A stretch of 64,000 nt of DNA from Phoronis australis. Lineage: Eukaryota; Animalia; Phoronida. Under the pieces are notes generated by a model that did no database searches, had not been told where the DNA came from, and worked only from the letters and a program-made list of their open reading frames with translations. Position 1 is the stretch's first letter; each line of letters starts with the position of its first letter. The stretch covers positions 1,030,809-1,094,808 of the forward strand of contig NMRA01000065.1 in NCBI GenBank assembly GCA_002633005.1, in the 5' to 3' direction. The position numbers and the translations under genes were made by a program. Of the stretch, positions 25,869 through 39,511 are shown one piece after another.

Positions 25869-27902
25869 AAAATTGTGGAAATTATTTGAGGCCTAGTCTC
25901 CTTAAAGGCTTAACTACAGACAAATTTAAAGTTGGATTTCATCCTGTTTAGCTGGCTAAAAATGAAAATTGAATGAATATTCTTTTTGGTCTCATAATGT
26001 TCCCCTAGTTATTGTGATAGGATTACACTTGTGTTACCAAAAGGAACATCTGAATCATCAGAATTCATAGGGGTACATAGGGGTGATACACCAACCCTAA
26101 AATTGCAAATTCAAAATTGTCCATGGCTGCATTGAGTGTGATTTGGGTTGGCAGCTCATTCCCTTACAATTCAAGATCGGATAAGCAGCAGTAATGTTTT
26201 AAAACCCAAAAACGCTGTGATTAGGAATTCACCATTGACATCTAAACAGGGTGAAATGTAATTTGTATCCACATTTTCCAATGGCAGAAATGCAATATAT
26301 TCTATTTTTATAAATTGTCCATGTTTTTCAGTGTCCAAAATCTGGAAATTATGGCTAATGAGTATTGTTCTACATTGGACTTCAATTCTGTTGAAGCACT
26401 TTCATGTTTAACACAAGGTTGCTGAGAGAATTTCTTTTACAATTTTTTGTTACTTGAATGATGGAAATTAAAAAAATGTGGGAAACTATTGTTTCACTGA
26501 GCCTTCCAAGAAATATAGTGATCTGATAAGATGCGGACCTTTTCTTTGAAACGAGGAACTCGAAATTCACTAGGTGGCGCAACAGGGTCTTCCGTACCTT
26601 TTTAGTGATGGTGCCGGGTGAGGGCGCCTCTTGTTGCTAAACTACTTTAGATCCTTGGGATCTATTTTAGTTTTAGGTAAAGGTTCCGGGACTCGTTTCA
26701 CTAAAAATTTAGACATTGTATTTACTGAGTCTAAATGAAGACTGGTTGCAAATCTCCGTTCAGTGTGTGTGAAAAAATGTAACGTGACGACATTTTAGCA
26801 AAACAGTGACAATTGACCAGCTTGTCCGAAAGCCTTGCTATGATACAGTTAATGGCTATATTTTATGCAACTGCGAAAGCTGATAATTACAAAGATGGCC
26901 AGAATTATTTTGTGGATGAAATTGTTTTCAAAGAAGTTAGTCAATAGAAACTGACCAAGCGAGCGTGCGCTGGAGTGTTTATTGACGTGCATTACCAGGT
27001 TTTTCAAATTTACTTATTTTGTTTTTTTCATCAGTCATAAATTCATATGAAGCTAAACAGTTGGGTGGTTTTTATTATTTGAAACGCGCTTGAAAAAGTA
27101 CGAGGGACGTTTTTAAGGTTACTTGTAACCATGAAAAATGTCCAAACTTGCCAAACTTTAAAATATTACATCCCAGATTATAAGTGATCGAATTCGAATG
27201 AAACTTTCAAATACCAAGATTTTATGCTCTGTTCACCGAAACGTTGTTTCTTATTGCATTGATTGACTATCAAAAATATGACAACTCCCAAGGTGCACGA
27301 AACTGAAAGGAAACGATAATTTAGAAAACTGCAACAGATTTCATCTTGAACATCCGCCTCCAAACAAATTACGTTGTTTTACTATTAAGACATGGTCACG
27401 TGCCCTAACGTTAGTTTGGAAGTTTGTAAGAATCAAACTCTATGTACTTTCAGAAAATCTATACTTATACCAACATTTTCTTGTGTTCTGCAGATTTACA
27501 ATTTGCTGATAATGTTACAAATACACCCGCGTTCCGTTAAAGAAACTAACTTTTGACACAGTTTAAATTATTTGCCGCTTCAAAACAGACCTCAACTTTT
27601 TCCTTACTCGATCGAGAAGTGGTTTGTGAACTTGGAAAAAGTCGTTTTTGCTTCTTGAAGCCATGGTCTGCGCATAAACTGACCGCGTTGAGTTTGGTTT
27701 CAAGCAATAACGAAATGTTAGCGCTTATCAAGCCCAGAAATCACCTCTTATGCGAGTAAAGAACAATTATGGACTAAGTTGTAAGCATAAATTTCGTGAC
27801 AGAAGGAACGCTGAACATTCTTCACGTGGCAGATCAAAATTTAGCCTTATGCGCCATTTAGGTTGGTGGTAGCACACACAAAGGCAAATTCAGCCTATAT
27901 CG

Positions 27903-28151
27903 CATGCGGGCACCCAGGGAGTCTCGAACGAGCCCCCAATTTGGCGAAGTGGGCGAAAAGGTCCGCCTCAAAGAAACAAAAACTCAGAAAAAATAAGTAG
28001 AAAACGAGACAAAAATCCACTAAAAAAGCAGGAACTACCAAAATTCGGAGAATGCATAATTAATAGCTCTGAACGTTCCCCGTGAATCTTAGTAAAAGGT
28101 ACATATTCTCAAAAATTCGAGTCCTCTATTTTTAGGCCGGGTGCGCGCATG
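27903..28151 (+). mobile_element. MITE family A copy 3
   Basis: catgcgggcacccag...ccgggtgcgcgcatg; colinear with 857-1096. No TSD visible. Confidence 0.8.
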
Positions 28152-31100
28152 CATTAGTGGGTAAAAATAGCCAACTTCAAAGTTAATAACATAAGGATGC
28201 CTTATTTCTTGACTTGATGTTTTAAGACCCATGTCAAACCAAAAATCTAAACAAACGACATCGTCACTGAGTGTAACGGGGTTTCCAAGGTAATACACAT
28301 ACTACCGCAGTACCCACCGATGTAGAGCTCGGTATGCCATTAAAAGAACACTTCATTCCACACTTCCCATAGCAAATAATCAAGAAGGTTACCAAACCAT
28401 ACAGTTGATATTTATTGTGTCATGATAGAAAATAAATGTGCACCTCGAACTGCAGTCAAAATTGAACAAAAAGCGAAGCATCTCCGCCATATGTCTCTGT
28501 GTCATGTATTGGCATTTTGACAATAACTTGGACAAGCACTATTTGTTGAAAACGGGATATTACAGCACTTAGTTAGTCCAAAAATCAAGTGGTGCTGGCG
28601 TACCCAAGTCAAATTTAAATACTGTGAAGTTTCACCAGAGTCTGTCAAGTCGCTTTGAAAAATAATTGACAGACAAGGAAAAATTGTGGATGCAGACAAA
28701 TGCTGCAGTAGTGTCCAAATTATAATCACATAAGTGAACTTAAACTGCGTATACAAAATAATAAGTGCTAGTCAATGATTTGTAAACAGGAGCAACACAA
28801 TGTACTCACTACAGTACCTTAAACAATATGTTTTTAGACGTGTTCATTACTGTAACAATTCCGCCACTTCACGGAAAACAGAATCAAAATAAGTGAAAGC
28901 CGATCGTTATATTCTTTTCATCTTGAGATAAATAATTGTTTTATTGGGCTTAAGTAGGCCTGCATGAATTTGATTTAGTTCGCAAATGCATTAAGACTCA
29001 GCGCACGTAGACGTTGTCGACAAGAACAACGCTGAGCAATGATGGGCTGTTTTTCCTAAAAAATCGTGATTTTTTTCATGAGGATCGTCAAGGAATTTGC
29101 AAATCGTCTTCCTCTATTCTATCATCTAAAGAAGTCGGTGTCTGGAATTTTCTTTTCGAGCTCGGTTGTCAAAATCCAGATATTCAGTGACATTAGAGTT
29201 CTCAGGCTAAAAGTTTTAAAAGAAATCCCAGACACACTGTTGTAGCTAAAAGTCTTACAGAAACAGAATTTGCAAGTTTCATGCCGAAATTGATGTTTGT
29301 AGTGTGGACATTACGGCGATCTCCATGAAAATCAATATTTTTCAGAAAAAGCGCCGTCACGTGATTATGGTCACCTGGGCATTTTTGCGCACATAAGATT
29401 TTGACTATCAACGATTTTAAAAATATAAAGTTCTATGTAAATACTACTACCTGTAATAATTACAGTTATTTAAGAAATTCCGTCTTACTCAAACGAAAAT
29501 CAATCATTGACAAAAATTTTACTAATAAATGAATTAATTCTTGATATTTACAAAGTAAATTATCTTGTCCGCGTCTCATTGGGACTTGAAATATGTTCTG
29601 TGTAACACATGTTGAAATTTCAAAGTGGCGCAGTTTACGCTATTAATAGTATATTGAGTAAATGTGTCCTTAATGTGCAAACATCTGTGTAAACAACAGC
29701 GAAAATCCCTGGTCTGAGTCTTGGAACTAGTGAGGGTAGTCATTTACCAACTGGTCTCAAGACGTTACCAATTGGTCGAAACTGCAACACAGACAATACC
29801 TGGAAATCAAAATGACTATTCAAGTTGGCAACACTACCCAACCAAACCCTCCTACGGAAGAACTTCCTCAGGGAAAATACATAAAGTTTTGGTTTTGTCA
29901 GTTGATGACTCTACACCCATTGTGAAGGACAAATGATACCCATATCGTGAAGAGAACTGTTTGTGTCCAGTTCTCCCTACGGAGAATTAAAATGACTAGT
30001 TACTGTTCCAGAAGGATAACACTAAATTACGTAATTGTTTCAGAAAAGTGAGACAAAAAGTAGAAAACATGGGAAATGTCTGGAGTTCTGGATAAAAAGT
30101 AGGAACATTAAAAAAAATAGGAATAAGTAGAAACGCTTGAAAGCTTGCATTTATTAGATGTAAACGCATAAAAGCACAACTCGAAACAGTAATTAACAGT
30201 TTAGTAATAAATGTAGATGAACTCAGAAACATGAAGTTCAATTGCTTTCTATGAAAAATTACAGGAATTCCACAGGAATGGCAAATATATTCACTAACAG
30301 ATCACTGTCTGCCAGGGCAAAGTACTCTCTGCTTTTGAGCACTCATTAGGAATTGCTTTTGGGCATCATAATCCATTGATGAAAAACATTCCAAATTTCT
30401 ACCATGATTACGAGACACGAAACTTTTTTATAAGTAATAAGCAGCAACTCGAGTACAGTCAAGCACAGAGCATACTAGTTTCTGAACGACGTATGGCGCC
30501 ATCTTAAGTATAACACAAGCTAACACACTTCTATATTTGTTGAGAGCACCGAAACACAGAATTCAATGCTCAGGTAACGTGCATTCACTCAACACCTCCA
30601 GTCAAAGGAAATTGATTGTCTACAAGCATGGCAAAATAAATTAAGCTATGATAAAAGATTTAGATTATCTCAGATGATTAATAAATGTGACAAACACCAA
30701 CTGATAATGGTACAGAACTGGTTCTTCTGGCAGCAAAACCAAAACTCAACAAACTGAGTACATTCGAGTTTAAAAGGTGAGTTTCTTTGAAACTGGGCAT
30801 TACTTCCATAACTGAACATAATCCGCTTCTCCAGTTTTGATTATCGTTCGATTCAGTTTTTGTGACATGAAAGACTAGACCCTTCACTTCCAAAATTTAT
30901 TACAGCATAATTTTACTGAAAAATTCAAGAAGCACTTGCACTCTCATGATGAATTTAACAAAATCAAACAATACAACCTCAATGATAACTTCCAACCAAT
31001 CGGATGCCTTCATAGCCTCTTGACCCCACTGAACTGGCGAAGTGAAACAAATGCTGGCAATGCCTACCAACAGAATGAGAGTGTGGAAATTCTTTTGTCA

Positions 31101-31691
31101 TTTTACACAAACGCAATTACCAAAACAGTCACCTGTCTATCTCTCAAAGGCTACCTCTAGGACCACAATGAGGAAATGGCCAAGCAGTAGTTGTGGGAAT
31201 CGGTTATTCAGAAACGGTTTCCGATTAGAGGCTTGAACCTGAATCAGGCTTCTCAAACAACAAAGGAACATTCAGAAATTGTGACAACAATGACAGATTC
31301 CTCTCAACTCTCTGTTCCACGATCACCCAAGATAACAGATTGCACACACATGATTCAGCATACTTTTCAGCTCACGAATGGACCACAGATGTCCATCCAC
31401 GGCATGAGCAATGAGGTCCATACATGGAATTCTATTTGTCATGGCAAAACATTGTTAGCGGTGGGAAAGTGAAATTTTATTTCTTCACATAAAGAATAAG
31501 GAAGTTTCACTCTATGCTTAGCTTGGTTTGTGCAGCTCCCATAAAACAACGTTGTTAAACTTCGCATTATTTTCAGCCGGGTACTTAGCATAATTTAGAA
31601 AATAGAATAATGCGAATTTTGACACTTATGTGCAACTACTACTCAGCAGCAGTAGCACTGTAAAAGAGTGTAAGACACAATAAGCAATCTT

Positions 31692-32417
31692 TCATAACTG
31701 TGACGTGGCCTGTTTCCTGCCTGGAGCTGTGTTTGGCAAGGACGGTTCGACGTCTTCAATCTCGACTACTTCGTACGGACAACAATCGGTCACATTCAGT
31801 TTATTGCACACCCAGCCGTAGACACCTTTTTCGAAATCCAGGAAGTCTCTTTTCCAGCTCTTCCAGAACCATGACAGCTGGATCACCATGGCAACTAACC
31901 CAACTGCAACACTTGGCAAAGCCACGGTGAGCGGGAACGAGAGCAGCACTAGAGGACACAGGAAGATGCGATGCCAGATTGTCTTTTCGTCGTATAAGTA
32001 AATGAACATGTTGTACCACGTGACACTTCCATAGTAAAAAGTCACACAAATCGAGCAAATTAATGCTATCGGGATACAAAACAGAGATAAGAAGAAGACA
32101 TGTGGTCCTTTACGTTTACCAAACAAACAGTCCGAGTTATCAGAAGTGTCGCTCGACTTGTCAGAAGACTTATACATTTTGTCAAATTCCTCTTGCGAGA
32201 CCTCGACCTGAACTTCGACAGTTTGTCCCTTCTTGCGACCTCGAGTGATTGTCCCGGTCATGGTCAAATAGCGAGACATTGTTCCCGTGTTTGGGTGGTG
32301 AGATTCTTGGGCCCTGTCCAGGGGAGACAATTCTGTTACCCGTTCCTCCTCCATGGAGCACACGGGGGGTTGGACAACATTCTCCACAGAGGAACCCTCA
32401 CCAGCTCCAGAATGCAT
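31692..32417 (-). CDS. TMEM169: Transmembrane protein 169 (single coding exon, 241 aa)
   Basis: SRYLTMTGTITRGRKKGQTV, GPHV, FYYGSVTWYNMF, DFEKGVYGWVCNKL and DCCPYEVVE match TMEM169 motifs. An in-frame TAA lies just upstream of the ATG. Confidence 0.93.
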   Translation of the reverse strand: MHSGAGEGSSVENVVQPPVCSMEEERVTELSPLDRAQESHHPNTGTMSRYLTMTGTITRGRKKGQTVEVQVEVSQEEFDKMYKSSDKSSDTSDNSDCLFGKRKGPHVFFLSLFCIPIALICSICVTFYYGSVTWYNMFIYLYDEKTIWHRIFLCPLVLLSFPLTVALPSVAVGLVAMVIQLSWFWKSWKRDFLDFEKGVYGWVCNKLNVTDCCPYEVVEIEDVEPSLPNTAPGRKQATSQL

Positions 32418-33480
32418 TGCTTAGGTCTAAAATACAACACGCTGATATTCTGCCTATTTTCAATGTCATGAACTTTGTTGTCTCCTGTCTGAAATTTGAA
32501 GAAAATAACTAAAATTACGTTAAGTGCATATTTACCTACCTTGATAACCATTTGCAGTTACTCAGTTTCAATGTGCTTTGGATACTTTACTATAAACCAT
32601 GCTTTGGTTTCAAAAGGAACTTTATTCACAGGCGTGTTTGCTTCCTTTGATAATGCCACACTACCTTTTTCAATAGGGCCATCCCAGATTACACAGTGAC
32701 ACTCGAATCTCTCTGTATTTACCCACAATGCCGTAAACATCCCTCAGGCACATTTGCGGCCTCGTTTTCATGCCACTGGAGTTTCACATGTTATTTGTTG
32801 TTGTATGATTCTTTACATGTTTTTCCCAGTTGCATTACCTTATTTGTCCTTCCAATCCTAATGAAGTGTTACTGTGGGTAGCAAATCCGACTTGAAAAAG
32901 TTTGACAAACTGGACCAATTGGCAATAACCATGGATGGCGTGATCTGAAATTTTTCGCCTTCCCGACATCAATGAGAGGCACGAAAATGTGCCTGAATTT
33001 CAAGAAAAAAAGAAAATTTTATTGCTCTATAATCAGGGATAGCCTTATTGAAAGAACTTTGCCATCACAATCAATTGAATGAGCTTTACCTAAGGCTAAA
33101 GCAATAACGACTCATCAGTTCTACTCTAACCCAGAAATCCTTTTAACAATGGCGACGTCTTTTACCAAACTAATCGTTGTTTTTCAAATAAGTCACGGGG
33201 CAATCAAACCAACCAACAAAAGCAACTCAGATACTAAAAACCATCCCAATGGCCAAGGAGCCCACGTTAATGAAATAGATTTCGCGAAACGTTTGACGAG
33301 CGATGAGTCAGTTGCAAAGAATGTGTACGCGAGTTAGAGGCACAGTGCTTTCGGTCAATGACACTGAACTGAATGTGAGAGTGAGAAGGGAAAGAAACTG
33401 GTTTCACCGTGGAGCAAACTCACAACCTTACGCACGCTCTATTTGACTACTTAAAACTATTGTGGAAACAATTTACGCAC

Positions 33481-33570
33481 CGTCTGAAATCCAAACAACT
33501 CTCCATAAAACGACTTATTTGTGGTTCCAAACAAAGAAGAGCAGCTATTTTGTGAGCGCCCTCTTTAGGG
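33481..33570 (-). promoter_or_regulatory. Probable TMEM169 non-coding first exon / TSS region
   Basis: Minus-strand donor ACG|gtgcgt at 33480 and polypyrimidine acceptors at 32489-90 and 32427-28 upstream of the CDS. CpG returns around here. The 5' boundary is approximate. Confidence 0.4.
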
Positions 33571-33639
33571 TGCAAGGTCCACAGCCCAGAGCACTCGTAT
33601 AGAATACGATGGAGGAACAGGTAAATTTTTTCGGGGGAG

Positions 33640-33886
33640 GGGGGGAGTTGCTCGTGGGGCTCAAACGAGCCCTCCCGTTTGGCGAAGTGGACAAAAAGGA
33701 CCGCCTCTGAGAAACAAAAAGTCAGAGAAAACGAGACAAAAGTCCACTAAAAAGGCGCAGACGCCGCATTTCACAGTACTGAAGGTGGTGCTCCGTTTTT
33801 TAGTCCTCTCGCTTTTTTGTCAGGAAAAGGTCCACTTTGTCAGAAATTCGAACCTCCCCAAGATTTAAAGGCTAAGTGCGCGCATG
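33640..33886 (+). mobile_element. MITE family A copy 4 (subfamily 2, left end decayed)
   Basis: Family core plus an internal segment aaaggcgcagacg...tttagtcctc...gtccactttgtcaga shared with 50187-50439; right terminus gtgcgcgcatg. Confidence 0.75.
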
Positions 33887-33914
33887 CAATAGTAATTGCG
33901 CGCGTATTTGTAGG

Positions 33915-34740
33915 AGGGGACGTTGTTGCGCCTTACGGAATTTCAACGGGGGTTGGCTTTGAATTAACAATTTTTAAAGCGGCCATAAACTCGCGTTCTG
34001 TCCAAGAAGCGAACTTCTGACTAATACCTTTCACACAATAAAATTGATATTATAATTTGTCCCTTATTAGTCAGACGATAAGTAATTCCTGGGTGCGCAA
34101 AGAACTGACAATTCGTTTCTCTTTGAGACCACTAAAGCTCGGCACAGAGACTCCGTGCAAGGCATTGAAAAGCAAGTGGTTTAAATCGAAAGTTATTTTT
34201 TGTACAGGCGGCTTTATAGACGCTTAAAATTGCACAGAAGAAATGAAGGTGCTCTGTGGCAAAGCGCGTACTCCAGACAAAGAGGCTCTTCCATTACCTT
34301 GGACTCTGAACGATACAGTATAATGCTACTGTTTTAGATGTTTTGTACGTTCGCATGTTGTAATCTTGTGTGACACTTTTGAAGCTCCTGCAGTACTTTG
34401 TTCAAAGACTACAATATCGTGCTCTTAAAGTTTGTGATTGTGACGTACAAAGGTCTGGAATGTGGCAGGGCGAGCCCAGCACTTGACTCAAGGAACCGGG
34501 CTATTATGGAAGTCTACCGTTCTTGCATCACTTGTCTCCCCTTTTCACGCGGATTTTTTTATTTGAAGCTATCGCCTTACATTTTTTCAAAATAAGTATC
34601 TGCAACAGTGCATCAAACAATTTCGTAATAACGCTTATGGTCTTAACTCGCTCTCGAATGCTCGGAGCCAAGTTCTGGAACCAATTACCAACAACGTAAA
34701 GTCTAGTATAGGCAAAAACATTTTAAACACTTTTATATAC
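33915..34740 (+). mobile_element. Decayed CR1/L2-like LINE ORF2 3' fragment
   Basis: Frameshifted motifs in order: YGI, YADD-like (tcagacgat), QRLQYRALKFV, MEVYR..HHLSP, AYGLNSL..GAKFWNQLP. These are typical of the RT C-terminal region of these LINE clades. Confidence 0.55.
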
Positions 34741-37700
34741 GTAGACTAAACCTCCGTGCAAATACAACACACGCAAGTTATCGAGTTTTACCTTCATTTC
34801 TATTTTTCATTCGTCATCTTTGTGATGTACGCCATTGTCTTTCTGCAATACTCGGCGCTGTGATTTATATTTACTAAAACTGAAATTTTACTTTTTTAAA
34901 TTTTGTTACTTTTAAGCTGTATTTCTCTGTTTACTTGGCTTACATTCGAAGTAGACATTATAATCCCATAAAATCTGTCACATGATATTCCTAGGCTTAT
35001 CGTGATAGGTTTCCATTTTTTATTCCTATTCAAGTCACAGGCAATGTGTTCATGCGCCACTTTCGAATTCACGTTATTTAGAGTGGCTAACCCCAATAAA
35101 CTCTGATTGTGTTCTTGACTCGGTGATTTCGATGTTCTTGGTTGTAGCGGAAATAGAATCCTACCATGGCAAGGAAAATTGTAAGACCGGTGGCGTGTCC
35201 AATAATGCATCCTGTCCAATAATGCATCCAGAGCTGGTTTGCGTGGTCTGCGCATGCGCTACTTTTTCGGTTTCCGGTTTTTGCGCAATAATGCATCCAA
35301 GCAGTACGCTGGTTATTCGACTTATTATAAAAGCATCATTTGTGCTTCTTATGTTGTTTATTTTGGAAAAAAGAGATAAAGGGAAATGTCACTGATGTGT
35401 GTGAGTATCTTTCAAAGAGTGTTGAGCTTGAATTATTTCTAAATGTACAAATGTAGGAGATTTTGTTGGCTGGCACTGGTTGGGAAGCCTACGTGAGCTC
35501 GTCCTCGGGTTCTGATCGTCTCTAAAAGGCTCTAATACACTATATACTGCAAGGTATNTTCATTTTCTAACTATCTCGACACAAACCTAAAGAGGGTTTT
35601 TAATATTAGCTACATTTTCTAAAACTTTGATCGCACAAGAAATACTCATTTTTGACGTGCGGGCAACTCTTATAATTTTACGTCCAAGTGTTTAGACCCT
35701 TGTAATAAACTAGCACTGGTGCAGAGATTGGGAGACGTCTGCCGGACTTTGTGAGGAACCAACAAGGCCAAACGTGAATATTGGTGACATGCGCTGTAGG
35801 ATGACAAGATTGTCTATTTTTGTAGAAACACAGTATTATGGGATTAATTTAAGACACAGCGTGACAGAAGATGATAGAAGTTTCTGAGGGAACGTGTTCC
35901 GGTCTGTAACTGAAAAACCTAAGGCTACTTGCAAGGCCCCGTCGCACTGTTTTGAAGATATTGATTTCGGCTTTGTGACTGTGTTAATAACAGGATATGG
36001 CTCCTCAACAACCTTTTAACGCGCCTATATGAGACCTAACGTACGACAAACGTGACTACCTATCAGTAACCTCAGCCAAGGCCGGGCATAACCTCTGAGT
36101 TTTGGTCATCAAGAATACATGCTCGGCCGGGCGGATCTGTCAATTTGCTATTGACTGTGGACCCCCGGCGGGGCGGCCGCGACAACCAATCTCTTAACGA
36201 TACCAAGACGATAAAGTTACTGGTGGACAGCATGAAAATAATCCAATCACTGCTTGAGTAACTTTGGGTTGTAGAAATATAAGGAGATCATAAAAAACGA
36301 CTTGCCAAAAGAAAAATGCGTTAAAAACATGGAAGTTTTGAGACACCGAGCAATAGTAAACAAGACCAGCAAGTTTTTGTGGGAGTCATTGCACACAGCG
36401 AGCTTATTGCTGTACATCCATAAATTGGTGGGTATCCTAATTTTTCAGGTGCACACCCGTCAAACATTAGTCGAGTAACCCTGGAAAGGCGAACATCAGA
36501 TAACTATCGGGAGCAAGTCGCATTAATGACATATCGAATTCAAAATTTGTAGTTGCTTTAATTGAGATCTTCAGGCAAATAAACGGAGCTTAATTACAAT
36601 GTTTATTCATTGCTTAAGACAGCTCTCCACTTTAATGCGCTAAAAATTGCCATTTCCAGTTTTCCAAAGGTTCATTACCGTGCTACAAACAATAGAAACT
36701 TTATCTTGTGTTGTGTTGTGACATCAACACAATACAAACCAACTGGCGGTAACAGACTGGAATATTCTTATTCCTAATTTTTCTCAAGACATACTTAACA
36801 AAATAAAATTTCACTCGTCCGCCATATTGTGTGCTAAATAGATGACAACTTACCGTAACTCATAAAGCACACTGATACTTCTAGTTCCAACATGTAGCTG
36901 CTTAATTAAACTTGACTTATCGAGTACGCCCTTTTGAAATCCTGGATCCGCTACTCGGGTGTTGTTTACCTGCAAATCGTCATCTAATATTATAGTTCGT
37001 GCCATCCCGACTGCCGAACGCCGCAAAACTGCTGAGATGCAAAATATGTGACTGTGACTGTCCAATGGCCCAAGGCAGTAAGAATACTGTACTACCTTTC
37101 CAGCCATGCAAAGCCTTCAAATTGGTAAAACGTTTCAGCTTAACCAATTTCCATTTATATTAGACACTTATATTCTTATTTCCGCTCTTTAGTTTTCAAA
37201 AACACAAAACAGGGTGCATCGAAACCGTACGTACTTTCAAAGATTCGTGTGGAATATCACAGCGTGGTAATTTAATTGCAAACATTAAGACGGATTCCAA
37301 TTTTACATAACATTACGGCGACGGAATACGCATATTATTTTACTTAAGATAAGTAATTAAAGCCAATACAGACATTTACTATAGCAATTGCAACCACTTT
37401 CGTAAACTATGTCACGTGAAGTAAGATGAATGGCGTAAATGTTTGACATATTTGCACAATTAACACAATTGTAATTTCCTGTTTGAGCTCTTGAAATGTT
37501 GGACCGAGGCATTCCATTCATTTCTACAAGTACGTATGTTGGGAAATAGCCTGACCAGCCAGGCATGTTCTTGTCTGCCATTAATAAAAGCATCTTACTC
37601 ATTTCATTGATGACTGTTAATGTCATTATGAGCAAGCTGCACGCGACACGGAGGTTTTACACAGGGACATGATTGCGCAAAAGTTACTCCCTAGATGACA

Positions 37701-39377
37701 ACAACGCCATGACGTGTTATACGTTTATCATTTTGTTGAAGAATATGCATCAGTGGTGGGTCATGGCTAAAAAATTCCCAGATTCCATTTGGCACTTCGG
37801 GGGTGCGAATGTCTGATGGCGCAGTATCCTGGCTAATACTCTACCCCCTTAACTCAAAATCCTGGATCCGCCCCTGTGTGACGTCACGTAACAAATCATA
37901 CTTATTCAGCGGCGGCGGAGTTTTACTGAACTCACTCGAAAGCCGTGGGATTTGAGTTGGGCCAGGCTGAGTTCGAAGATTAGACCCAGGCTGAGCCCTG
38001 AAAGCAGTAAAGATTTACTTTTTTCAACACGGCCCGCAACAACACGGTATCTGTATATATGTACAAAAATTAATCGAATTCCGGATTAATTATAGAGCGA
38101 ACATTCTACAGACCCCTTTACCTCTCAGGTAACTGTGTGTCCGACTTCATGCAGTGCCCTTAGATAATAGTTAAAACAACCCACAGAACACTGGAGAGAT
38201 TGTCTGGGAATCCAACCAAACACACGTGTTCGTTTCTAATATCACATTGCTGTCTTTGACGAGACGGTTCGTCGGCAAGCTCGCTAAAGGGCTTGGGTTC
38301 AAATGCCGAAACTCGATTTCCAGATAGCAAAAACCAGGACCGGCGTAAGGCGAAATATCCTATCGTCAACGGTGAACCGAGAGTCAATGTTTCAGTCGCC
38401 CACGACCAGCGATATGGATGCGAATAGTTGATTCAGAAGTCGCGGGAGGATTTACCGGGGTTAGAATCCAGATCGACCACAGCAGATGTGGATTTCGAGA
38501 CAACAGTCTGACATACGCAGCCCTGGCCAACAGACACATGTTTGAACGTTCACCGGAGACATACCAGGGCAGCGCTAATGAACTTTTGACAGTGACTGCA
38601 TTGACCTTAAAATGTCATCGAATTCGTTGATCGTTCTGCTCAGTTTATGTTTTTTCTGTCCAACGGTTATTTCTCAATACTACTACACACCGGACACAGG
38701 TAAGTAATTGCTAACTTTTCAACGCAGTTTAAAGGAAATGTGTTTAGCGCAATGAACCGTGCTCTGCGTTGTGTTGAAGTAGCTCCAACTTTCTTCATAG
38801 GCGTATTTGGTCTTTCAAAAGTAACGCCGATGTTCTTTGTCTTAGCTTGATTAATAGAAATCGTTTGCAATACATCACTTGAAATTCCGTTTACGGCCAT
38901 GCCGGCTGCAACTAATCACATTATAAGAAGCCGCAACTTGTATCATCGAAAGCAATCAAATCGTCCTCAAGACCTAGATATAATGTTTAATCTCAGTTAT
39001 GAGGACGAGACTGATTTTACAACTGTTGGTTTAGGGGCGGGTTAATTGCCCCTTTAGAAGTCTTCAAGATTTTGATAATTTAAATTTGGTCAACTTGTGT
39101 CCTCACTTTTGCTGAACAGGACAACGGTCACACGACACTGAATTCGGTAACGGATAACATCTGAGAGACGGCAATTTGTTTACTAAACGTCTCATTCGTT
39201 TTGTTAACCTTTCCTATTCTTGAAACGTCGTCGATCTCACCTGAGATGCACATTCTTTTTTGGATTTGCTGCCAAAGCCTCTGAACAAACGGAATCGAAA
39301 TCAATAATATCTAGTACGTGCTTAAATGAGCCGCTACATTGGCAGCAATAACCGTGCCTTCTGCCACAAAAGTTTCT

Positions 39378-39511
39378 AATTTTTAGTGGACATTTGTCTC
39401 GTTTTGTACTTTTTTCGGAGTTAGTTTCTCTGAGGCGGAACTTTTTGGCCTCTTCGCTAAATGTACAGGGACTCGTTCGAGTCCCCCAAGCTCCTCTTAG
39501 GTGGGCGCATG
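39378..39511 (-). mobile_element. MITE family A copy 5 (partial, inverted)
   Basis: tttagtggacatttgtctcgtttt...tttctctgaggcgga...ctcgttcgagtcccc...gggcgcatg is the reverse complement of the family's left half. Confidence 0.7.

Noticed and set aside
31700-32551. Cluster of overlapping ORFs around TMEM169
   Set aside because: Antisense and alternate-frame shadows of the real CDS with no recognisable motifs.
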